A stretch of 64,000 nt of DNA from Isurus oxyrinchus (taxonomy: Eukaryota). Every line of letters begins with the position of its first letter. Within the stretch, counting starts at the first letter, position 1. The position numbers and the translations under genes were made by a program. The stretch is taken from NCBI GenBank assembly GCA_026770705.1, contig JANJGN010000156.1, positions 434,001 to 498,000 of the forward strand. Reading direction: 5' to 3'. Positions 12,642 through 23,450 of the stretch are shown here, piece by piece. The notes under the pieces were generated by a model. That model was given only the letters and a program-made list of their open reading frames with translations. It made no database searches and was not told where the DNA came from.

Positions 12642-12845
12642 GGTTCTATCAATATCAGTCTCTGGCACTATCTGTAATTTTGGAATTGATTCTGTAAATA
12701 TCAGTTTTTGATACTACCTGCGATTGTGGGATTTGTTCAATCAATATCAGTCTCTGGTATCATCTGTGATTGTGGGATTAGTTGTGTAAGTATCAGTCTC
12801 ACTTACTACCTGTGAGTGTGGTATTGATTATGTATCTGTCTTTCT
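12642..12845 (+). repeat. 46-bp minisatellite, ~4.5 units
   Basis: GATTCTGTAAATATCAGTCTCTGATACTGTCTGTAATTGTGGGATT-like units starting near 12642, 12688, 12734, 12780. Confidence 0.8.
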
Positions 12846-13152
12846 CTGACTCACGAACAATCAGCGTTCGGGTTGCACAAAATAAGTCATGTGTGGATGT
12901 CTGCTGTAAATCAGCAACTAGAATCAACTTTTTCTGCAATTCACTTAGATCACTATCTGCGCAAAAGGGTTGTGATTGTTAAAAAGATCACAGAACATTT
13001 AAAACTGAGGGGCTTGACCCTTTACCAACTCCAATTTAGCATCATTCCCTGCAGGGGATTTGCTGTTCACGAGCCCATCTTCAGAAAGCAATCCTGCAGA
13101 AACATGGGAGGAATGAGGGAGGTAGTGATTTGCTGGGACCGTGCAATAGTTA

Positions 13153-13311
13153 ATATCTGACAGGGAGACCCCGAGATTCATTTAATCGAAGTGAAACACT
13201 CCGTGACTGAGAGCAATACCTAGCAACCATGTCCTGCAAGACTGCAGAGATTACAACATGGGAAGTGGGCTTAAATATGAGGCTTTGGATCACTTTCTGA
13301 TACTGACCCTG
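13153..13311 (+). pseudogene. Highly diverged U1 snRNA pseudogene
   Basis: Colinear with U1 over ~159 nt: ctgacagggaga, cgaagtg, atgtcctg..ctgc, caacatgggaa, Sm-like aaatatgagg, end accctg; the paralogous site in copy B keeps ATACTTAC (23756-23763). Confidence 0.6.
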
Positions 13312-16300
13312 AGTGTGATTAATAATGTATTGTTCTCCAATGAAATATCAGTGAGAAATGAGACAGCATCTTCTGCCGTTCCAATTGTACCTTCGTAAAA
13401 CTGGATTGAACAATGTATTCTGCAATCGATACTTTGCCTGACTGTCTGTGTCTCACTTCCTGAACTCACCCTGACTTTTTCTTTTACTCCGCCCTCTCTC
13501 CCTTTTCTCCCTTGCCCTATAATACAACGTGGGATACGCTTACTGAAGGGCCAGATCGCACCATTTGTATTTCCATATTAATTAAACATATTGCTGGTTG
13601 TGAATGATCTAATAATGTAACATTAGACCTGTCTTAATCCAGCCAGAGCTGCGATGCGTTTCAGCCCGAATCTGGGGACCAGACAATGTGAGCAGAGCTG
13701 CAAAACTACAAATAACCCCGGAGAATCCATAGCAGAGGCCGAGCGGAGTGGGAAGCCTATCCCGGGAACTGTCAATCTGGGGGAGGTTTGTCCTGTGAAT
13801 GTGCAACTGTGACCATTATGCAGGACAGAGAGTGTGAAAGGGGCTGGCGGGTTAAAATGATGTCCCTGTGTTTCTGTGTCTGCCCTCAGTGCCTGATTTC
13901 TGTGCCCCTCTTGTGTGAAACAAAATGATTTCCCTGTCTAACGATCACTCTGCTGCCAGCTCTGAAGTGAGAATAAAATGGAAAGATTGAGTTGATTTTG
14001 AGATTTCAGGCGAAAGGAAGAGAGTGTGTCAGCGAATGGATGAGACAACATGACCAGTGCAGAAGTAACAGAGGTTTAAAACGAAACTAAGGTTTTTTCA
14101 GTGAAAGAAGCCTTTTTCAAGAACAACCATTTTGGCACTCTGGACTGTCCGAATTTCAATGGCTTTGGAGAGTTTAACAGCAGAAAGGAACAAAATCTTT
14201 CATGCATTAGGACACCCAGTTCCCTCTGTAAATCCGATCTCTGCAATCTCTCACCGTTTATAATATGTGCCCCTTTTTGTTTGTCCTGCCAAAATGGTCA
14301 AACTCATGTTTTCCTACTTTACACCCCATTTGCCATCTCTTAGTCTAATCACGTAACCTATCTTTATCCTTCCGTCCCCTTCACAACTAACTTTCCTACC
14401 TCCATTTGTGTGATCCTTACTTCCCCATCTACTTTGACGGTTGTTCCAGTCACATGTGTCGCTTTTAGAAATGTTTCTGCTCAGGCATTGTTGTGAATGG
14501 GGAATTATTCCTGCCCGGTAAAGTTTGAAAGTGATAGCAGAGTGAATCACAATCAAGGAAGGATTTTAAAACATAAACATTTCAACAAGGTCCATTCTAC
14601 TGCTATCTCCCCGCATCCCTGCGCATTGATGGTTTTCCAACGATCATCTCATCGCCTCTTGCACCTGAACAGGCAGTGCGAATGCAGCCTATTTCTTGGA
14701 AGGAGGGTATTGGAGGGGTGGCCTTTGCTCCCCCTAGCCGCACAAAGGTGGGCACATTAAAAATCCATTCTGTGGTCCCGAGGCCACTCCCTCAGAACCT
14801 GCTGCTCCCAGGCGTATTTCCATTTCCTGTGCTGGTGTATGCTACGTTACTGCTTGTGATCGGAACAGCTCCATATGGATTTTGAGTGAGTGGGGTCGAG
14901 AATGCGAGAGATTGGGGCCTATAATGGAGTTTCTGGAGAAGGGGTGGACAGGCCATAGAAATGGGGAGGGGGGAGTCAGGCCAGCACGAATATAACAGGT
15001 CGGAAGATGGAAGCCAGGCTAGCATGGAGTTGGCTTCAGAGGGTCCGGCGGTGGGGGTGGGGGGGTGGGTTTGTGGGGGCAGGGGTGAGCAGTGTGGGGG
15101 TGAGAGGAAGAATTGGCTTGAAGCAAACATCGTGCTTTTCTTCGGATTTTCTTTGAAATAAATGGTCCATTAACTTGATACTTCAAGGTAAGATAATTCT
15201 CTGCTTTTAACTTGGAATGTGATCTTTAAGGAGGTGGGGTACATGGCTACTGTAGTTTGGAACCTCATGCACACGATGAGGCCGCTGGCAATGCAGCACT
15301 CGGCCCTGTGCTGAGTCAGCCTGCATGGTGCAACCTGGTATAGAACTTGGATTCTCTGCTTTCTGGATGTAGGGCAAAAAACCAAAACATGACCACAGGC
15401 CAGTCCTCATCACAAAGGGACCTGCAAAACCTCCAGCACATTCGGGAGATGTTCCTCGCTACATGTTTTTATCTCTACTGTAGGAGCCTCTTCAAATACT
15501 GCTCGATATTTGTTCAAACATTATCATAGTTTGCATCATTTCTCCATGCTATCTCCGGATATAGAGAGATGTTTTCTTCAACTACGTTTATAGTGGACAG
15601 ACTGTTTCCCAGTCAAGAGTAGACAGACTGTTTTTACCCACTTGAAGTCTAATAATTACATCCAGCTAAAAATGGCCTAGAAACATTTGCGTTCCAATCG
15701 AGGTCACAAAATATGGTACAGTCACCCAAATTCTTGTCATTAAGTGTTCCCAGATGTTTTTGCTTCCAGCCACTAATTTTCAGTCCTTTCTGTCATTGAC
15801 AACTCTCAGTCCATCAACTGCTTCTTACCACACTTCTCCGCTTTTAATATCATCTGTTACAGCCATATCAGCACCTCTCAAATGGATTTCAGTGACCTTA
15901 TTGCTGCAGAGAGTTCGGCGCTCCCAGCAGAACGAGCCGCAGTGAGCCGAAAGTTATGTCTGATTTACTGGATCGTGGATCTGCTGACCAGGATTGAGCT
16001 GCTGTCTGCCATGAGTGAGCAGAAGGATAGAGAGGAAGATTAGACGGGCCTCGTCAAATGGAAGGGAAGAGGGAAGTTCTTCGGGAAAACTTTGAAAGTA
16101 AGTGGTAGGATTTTTATTTTCTTCTGTTATAGCATATAGAAGCTGAACTTGAGCCCATTTGGCAGGGTGAAACTAAACAAATAAATAGGCCTGGGAACAT
16201 GCCAAACAAGTTAGAATGTAAAACTGAGCAGAAAAATGTTTACAATTCAGCCTGCACAATTGTTTATTCAATAATTCCATTTAGGCGAGTGTCTACAGGA

Positions 16301-18469
16301 CAAAGTTGATCATTTCGTAATGACCCCAGGCACATGATTTATGTTATTGTCTGCACAGCGCTCCCAAGGCAGTGACCATTGCACTGCTAAAGATTCAGAT
16401 ACTAATATCTGCGATAAGCATGATATAAAGAAACTTTTAGTCAATCGTATTCATTGTGAGGTGACTGATTTCTGGGACATTGCAATATTAATTTTGCAGA
16501 TTTATGGAAGGAGCTGTTGAACTGCAGCTGGACACTGCTGCTGACTGTGCTACAGGAGCGAGCGCACTGTAGGTGAAGAATGTGATGACCAAGGGCAGTG
16601 TGCAGCCCCCTGCCACTGGACTCCATGGCACTGGGAGTGGCCCTCCACAGGGTAAGGGAAAACAGTGTCATTCACCCGGGCCTGGGTTGGAGACTAGCCG
16701 AATGCTGTGTGCAGGAATAATTGCCAAGTTGGAGGATGAGGAGCAGGAGGAACCATCTACAGCCAGAAGCGTGTCAACCCCCACCAGTGGAACCGAGCAA
16801 TGATCAGCATTGATGATAACGGCACTGCAAACAGTGCCAGCAGAAAGGAGCTGAGTGAGACAGCCAGAGGGAAGGAGGAAAGGCAGCATCAGGCAGAGGC
16901 TCAACGTTGCCCTCAGTCAGAATGAAAACAGCCACATCAGGCCAATGAGACACAGAGCCACTCACCAGCTGCATTCGCCGCCAAAAAAGGCTGAGCATCA
17001 CCTGGTAACAATTGAACGTACATGGGTGCTAAATGGACAAGGAGTGTCCAGCATCACAGATCCAACACCACTTTACCCACCTCCATGCGTAACAGGGGTC
17101 AGAGTCCGAGGTGTGGCAGATGGACAATCGCACTTGGCCCTATGAGAGACTTTGGGTGAAATGGAAACCCTGAGGCAGGAGGTACTCTGTACCTGAGTAC
17201 AGAGAACAGGAGGGCTCAGTTGAGCAATTGGGTAAGAACATGGCACTAAAGTTTGTGATTGCTGCACATTATGATGTATTGTTTCAGGGACCTGAAAACG
17301 GTGAACTGTGAACTTGGAACTGACCACCCCTAACCCTGGTAGAGATTTGCAATTGGATGTCATGCAATGAACGTGTATCACTCCTGTCCCCTTTTTAACC
17401 ATCCCCGCCCCATAACTGCTGAATTTATAGCCATTCGATTGTTCTGGGTAGAAATAGAGAGCAATGAGTGACTTTACTCTTTCCATTCAAGATGTGAATC
17501 CTGGAAATCTGCAGTTCATGTGGCACAATGTTGATCTCTTGAAGGGTAATGGTGGCTTCGACAGCAGGCCTGAAGGTGAAAAGGGGCTGAATACTTTTGG
17601 AACTGTCTCTACATTATGTGAACTTAGGTCACACTGAGAAGTTACATCATGCCCTCAATCTTGCTTTTCCCATGAACATGCTCACAAGCAGTGGATCAGA
17701 GAGACCAGGGTTTATGCCAATTGGATGGCATCTCTCTCTCATAATGCAACTGGATTAGTAATCTGATAAGTCAAAAGTAAATTGTTATCTAAACAATTCG
17801 AGCTAGAGTGAAGTCCCTACACACAGTTTCTGCGACAAACATTGGACTGGAGATCACCGACAGCCCACCATACAAATGTGTTCTGTACCCTCCTGACACA
17901 GATAGCGAGCTCAAAATTAATTGCATCTGGAATACTGTAAGCAACGTTCATCCACATAACTATAATGCACAGTTATTCATCGTATTTATATTGTATACAG
18001 TGTTCATATAAATCCAACTCACTCAAATGAGAATAATCGTAAAAACAATCAATTATATATAAAACTGCAAAGTGCAATTGTGAAAATGTGTGAGATAGAA
18101 GGGCAGGTAACTATCGAAATTTTGGTGAGCGAGAGAGGCAGAGTCACCCAATGCTTCCACAAGAGTGGATGATTGAAACTGTTACATCCAGATTCAAAAA
18201 AATGGGATAAATGTTAAACTGCCTATTGCCGGCCAGCCTGTTTCACGTATATGGCCGCTACAGCTTCGTCCGAACGTCCCTCAATTCCGGACACTAAAAT
18301 ACAGCTCAGTCCCTTTGTTGAAGACAGTGGCTACCCCTGTAACGAATTTTCCCCCGTGATTTCTTCACTTATTTGATCCACAATGCTGGAATGCTAAGGG
18401 AAACAGAAAATCAATCCAAGACCTATTTCAGTTTCCTGGGCATCTCCGATTAAGGTCCACAGTGAAAAT

Positions 18470-18710
18470 ATTCAAGCCAGGAGTTCCAGCTTGGAAATTA
18501 GGAAACAATTCAATGCACAAAAGGTCGCAGAACTTCAGAACTCTCTTCAGTACAAGGGACTTAATCCTTGATCGATTATTGTATTTTAAACCTAAGAATG
18601 CAAGAGTTTTTTTACAGGATATTAAGGGCTATGGGGCAAATGCGAGCATATAGCGATAGTCACCAATCAGACACAACATCATTGAACATGTTCTAGGGAC
18701 TAAATGGCCT
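18470..18710 (+). mobile_element. CR1 LINE 3' end fragment
   Basis: aggaaacaattc..cacaaaaggtc, gatattaagggctatggggcaaa, taaatggcct. Confidence 0.65.
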
Positions 18711-18721
18711 TAAGAGCAACA

Positions 18722-18970
18722 AAATTCGAGGGACAACAGATCAACTTCGAACTGGGTAATCTGCAGCCTTCTGGTCTCAACCGTGAGTTCAACAAATGTA
18801 GATCCTAATATCTGCCTCACTGTTGTTTGTAGAGTGTATTTTTTTTCTTTTTGTTCGTTTCGTTTGTGACGTTTCTTTCTTTATTCTCCATGTTACATTC
18901 GGGCCGTTGCTGTGCTGCCACTCACACCTAAGCTGGACAGACCTTCACTTTCCTTATTATACTCCCACAA
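18722..18970 (+). mobile_element. Penelope-like element, GIY-YIG C-terminus plus pLTR start
   Basis: EGQQINFELGNLQPSGLNREFN resembles the PLE EQHLIFRLGTLQP.GLN.EF end motif. Confidence 0.65.
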
Positions 18971-18984
18971 TCACAAATGTTCGG

Positions 18985-19550
18985 AAATATTACAGCGCAG
19001 GAGAAGGTCATTCGACCCATGGTGTCTGAATGAGCAATTCACTTAGTGCCGTTCCCCGCCTTCTCCCTATATTGACGGTCTTCATTTCGAGAAAACAGTC
19101 TCACTGTCCTCTTTACGCTTCCCTTGAATCTACCTTCACCACACTGTCAGGCGGTGCATGCCAGAACTTAACCATTTTCCACGAGAAAGAAATGTGTTTT
19201 TTTTTCGTCCTGTCTCTTTTGTTTTTTTTAAACAACTGCGCTAGCTCGAACTTGATTACTTCATGGATGGGGACATATGCTTCCCCTCCAACCTCTCCAG
19301 AACTTTCGTGATACTCAATCCCTCTAGCAAATCTTCTCTCAACCTTCCCTTCTCCCAGGGAATCAGTCCTAACTTCTCCAATCTATCCTCACAACTGAAG
19401 GTCCTCATCCTAGGAAACAGTCTCGTGAACATTTTCTTCCCTTCTTCCAACATCCTTCACATTTTCACATCCTTCCAAATGAGAAGCGAACAGAACCGGG
19501 TGGGATGCACCAGCTGAGGCTGAACCAGAGCCTTCTACAAATCTTGTTTC
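18985..19550 (-). mobile_element. CR1 LINE 3' fragment
   Basis: ORF 19256-19453 MFTRLFPRMRTFSCEDRLEKLGL..RLREDL. Confidence 0.8.
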
Positions 19551-20960
19551 TCTTATTCCCATTACAACACTCTTTGGTTTTAGGGTCATGAAAACGATTG
19601 ACTCCTGCCCTCTCAGACATTCGAAGTGACCCCATAAGCATTGGATCAGACATAAGCTGTGCAGGCCTTCCACATCTAGTTGTGAATAGTGGTAGACAAT
19701 TAAACACTGACTGGAGAAGTAAGCTCCACATATAAATGCTGGCCTTCCCAGTGGTTTTCACATCCACGAAGCAATAATAAAAAGCTGTCAATGTATTCCG
19801 GGAATCACAGCAATCCTACCCTGGGGTCCAATTCCAGTCGCTGTTGAAAGGGTTCCACAGTGGCCCAATCCGCTTCTCTGACACATTGACAGATATCACA
19901 AGGTCACCCTCTGTTTCACTGAGATTCATGTCAAGGAGTTTCCAGTAGGCATGAAACAGGGGAACAAAATGTACTGAAATAAATTATAGTTGATGGAGAT
20001 GCCTTAGAAGCATTGTTTTTCTTTTTGCCAGAATTACTTCTCAAATCCCTTGAGACATCACTTAATCCATTATATCCCTCTTTGTGAAGGTGTGTGCGCC
20101 GGATCAAGGTCAAAGAGCAAAAGAAAATGGGATTTCCTGCATAACTTCCTGCTCTGAGCCAGAAGCGGTTATCATTCACTTAACCAGACAAACCCATTCG
20201 TTCATTAGAATCATCTGAAGAGGAAGAGATGCTTCAGCACAACTGTGTGCACTCGGTTTAAAGGGAATTCCGATCCTATTGTTCTTTATATTCGCACAAT
20301 ATTCTAAATGCTTTCCCCTGATCAAAAATGCTCAGCTCATTGCCTGGTTAATTTGAATAAAGTAAAAGCGCCATTGAATTTAGAACTCAGGATCATCTGC
20401 ATTAGTGATACAAGATATCATGCACCAAACCACAGCATAAAGTTATGAACAACACCAGGATGCAATGTTTTGAACCATATTCTACTATTTTGCGACTAAC
20501 ACATTGGGAATTCTTCATCTGCTAAGGGGCTGGGTGGCAGCGAGAACTGAGAATTTGCAGGAAGGTAAATTAAGGCAGATATTCATCCAGGAAGTTATGG
20601 AATGTTTGAGAAGCTGGAAGACACATTATACACTTGCGCCTATTTCTCATGTTCTTGCAGACACCACACAGAGGAAACACTGGGGTTATATCTAACTTGG
20701 ATTGAAGCAATGCTGATTCACCATTGTGATTCCGGACTTCAGTAAATTACATTTGAAGTTCAAGTTTCCTAATCGCAGATTCTTATAAGCATAGAATGGA
20801 TTATTTGGCCCAACGTGTCTGTTCTCGTTCTTTGAAGGAGAAATTATTCTAAAATCATTTCCCCGCCTTCCCTGATCCCTGCACACTTTTTCTTTTTCTT
20901 TTCAGAGATTCAATGTTTTCGACTGCCTTGATTTATGGAGATTTTTTGTTCCTTCTTCAT
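19100..20960 (+). repeat. Dispersed partial copy of the 3.2-kb tRNA-relic unit (homologous to ~41380-43210)
   Basis: Shared CR1 plus colinear unique sequence, e.g. aaagggaattccgatcctattg vs aaagggaattttgatcctattg. Confidence 0.8.
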
Positions 20961-20989
20961 TATGTCTGTCTTCAGTACTTTCCCCTTTA

Positions 20990-22120
20990 CAGGTGTGATG
21001 AGCTTGGCTAACGTCGACATCAAGGCAGTTTTTGTCCGAGTGCAACGTCATGGATCCCGAGCACAAGAGGAGTTAATGGGAAGCAGAGAGAAAACACTCC
21101 GATACTTGGGGTCATACTATCACAAATGTAAGTTGTTGTTGGAGGTCAATCATCTGAGTTACAGGACATCACTGCAGGAGTTCCTTGGGATAGAGACCTC
21201 GGCCTAAGCATCTTCAGATGCTTCATCAATGACGTTCAATTCATCTTAAGGTCAGAAGTGCTGATGTTTACTGATGATGGCACAATGTTCAGCACCATTC
21301 GCAAATCCTCACACACTGAAGCAGTCCACGTGCAAATGTATCAAGACGTGGACAATTTCCAGGCTTCTGTTGACAAGTGGCAAGTAACATTCGTGACACA
21401 CAAACGCCAGGCAATGACCACCTCAAACAAGGGAGAATCTAACCATTGCTCCTTGAGTCTAATGGCATTATTAGTACTGAATCTCTCATTATCAAAATTC
21501 TGGGATACCATTGACCAGAAACTGAACTGGAGTAGCCATACAAATACAATGGCTGCAAGACAGGTTAGAGGTGAGGAACCCTGCGGCCAGTAACTCACTT
21601 CATGACTCCCCAAAGACTGTCTACCATCTACAAGACACAAGTCAAGAGCGTGTTTGAATACTCTCAATTGGCCTGGATGAGTGCAGCAACAAACCTCCAG
21701 AAGCTTGACACCATCCAGGAGAAGATAACCCGCTTGACTGGCACCCTAACCACCCAACATCCCTCCACCACGATAGTACAGTAGCAGAAGTGTTCTTCAC
21801 CCAGACGATGCACTGTAGGAACTCACCAAGACTCCTTGGACAGCAAATTCCAAACCCACGAACACTACCATCTAGAAGGACAAGGGCAGCAGATGCACGG
21901 GGACACCGCTACTAGAGAGTACTCCTCCAACCCTCACACCATTCTGACATGGAAACATATCGCTGTTCCTTCACTACCTCTGGATCAATACCCTAGAAAC
22001 CCCGGTCCCCCACCACCCCCCTCACCCCACCGCTAACGGAACTGTGGGTGTACATACACCACGTGGAATGGACAATGCAATTCAGCAGCATTTTCTCAAG
22101 GGAAACTAGAGATGGGATTT
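20990..22120 (+). mobile_element. CR1/L2-group LINE, RT and 3' end
   Basis: DIKAVFVRV, MFTDDGTMFSTIR, DKWQVTF, IYKTQVKSVFEYS; same family as 52560-54035. Confidence 0.85.
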
Positions 22121-22164
22121 TATTCTCTACAAATTGACAACCGTGCTTAATGCCGATCTGGTCT

Positions 22165-22360
22165 AAAATTCTGCATTCCCTCCCTAAACTACTCCACTTC
22201 TACAGCTCCTTCTGATCTTTAAGATGTTACTTAACAGTTTCCCCTTTGACCAAGCTTTTGTCATCTGATCTAATATCTCCTTCTGTGGCTCAGCATCATT
22301 TTTGCTTTATTTGTCATTATAACCCTCTTGATAAGACTTTTGTGACTTATGGCTATGTGC
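22165..22360 (+). mobile_element. L2-type LINE 3' end fragment
   Basis: ttccctccctaaac...ctttgaccaagcttttg...atctccttctgtggctc. Confidence 0.55.
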
Positions 22361-22375
22361 CAATATCAGTATTTA

Positions 22376-22446
22376 TCGATGGTGATACAGTGGAGCATAG
22401 CTGCTTTCGAATTATTTGACCCCCAGTTCGATTTCCAGCAGCCGCA
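22376..22446 (+). pseudogene. tRNA-Gly(TCC)-derived pseudogene
   Basis: tggtgatacagtggagcatagctgc..ttgacccccagttcgatttcc..cgca aligns with vertebrate tRNA-Gly-TCC; stems broken; followed by a T-run. Confidence 0.7.
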
Positions 22447-23105
22447 ATTTCTTGTTTTTTTTTAACCCCTCAAATCGGAAACCCCAAGCTTGAAGCTGAA
22501 TTTGATCCGTTTCGATGAAATTTTGCTCCGAACACATGGGCGGGTTTAATAGAAATATAATTAATTCCCACCTCCACTTATCTTCCATTTAAAATGTAAC
22601 TCAGATGTATTCCTTCTTGATGATAATGAAGGCTTTTCCTGAGCTGTAGTGTGGAGCCGGGATAGAATTACTCGGATTTGTAACATTCAGCGATTCTCTG
22701 AATATTTTCCATCTGCTGCTTCCAATATCTTATTTGAATACTGATTCCTGCGCAGGGATTGTTTTATTGTTCATAAAGTGACAGACTGCTCACGCTGGGA
22801 ATCTGAAATAATAACAGAAGGTGCTGGAAAAACTCAACAGGTCCTGCAGCATCTCTGGAGACAGGATATGAGGTTTCACATTTCACCTTGATAGAAGTTT
22901 TAACAAATAGACCCGCTATCGAAGCATCGATAATGCCAGAGCTACTCAGTTTTTCCAGTATTTTCCATTAGAATCATAGAATGGCGACAACTCTGAAAGA
23001 GGCTATTCGGGCCGTCTAATCTGTTCTGGCCCTCTAAAGGAACAATTCACCCACTGCCACTCCCCGTAACCCTGCAATATTTTTCTATGCATGTGAGTGC
23101 GGATG

Positions 23106-23450
23106 GATTCTATAAATAACAGTCTCTGGTACTGTCTGTGATTGTGGAACTGATTCTGGGACTATCAGTCTCTGATACTGTCTGTAATTGTGGGATTGAT
23201 TCGATCAATTTCAGTCCCTGGCACTATCTGCCAGTGTGGAATTGATTCTGTAAATATCAGTCTCTGATACTGTCTGTCATTGTGGGATTGATTCGATCAA
23301 TTGCAATCCCTGGCACTATCTGCAAATGTGTGATTGATTCGATGAATATCAGTCTTTGCTTCCATCGGTGGGTCTGAGATTGATTCGGTAAATATCAATC
23401 TCTGCTACTAGCTATGAGTGTGGGATTGATTCTGTATCTTTCAGTCTCCG
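23106..23450 (+). repeat. 46-bp minisatellite, ~7.5 units
   Basis: GATTC unit starts at 23106, 23152, 23198, 23244, 23290, 23336, 23382, 23428. Confidence 0.9.

Larger units (their letters stand above)
12505..17770 (+). repeat. Segmental duplication cassette, copy A (partner 22969-28360)
   Basis: Colinear similarity from gaatcatggaatag/gaatcatagaatgg through actggattagtaatc in both copies. Confidence 0.9.

Noticed and set aside
23106-23450. CRISPR-like regular repeats (also 1395-1925)
   Set aside because: Whole units repeat with no unique spacers and no cas genes; eukaryotic minisatellites
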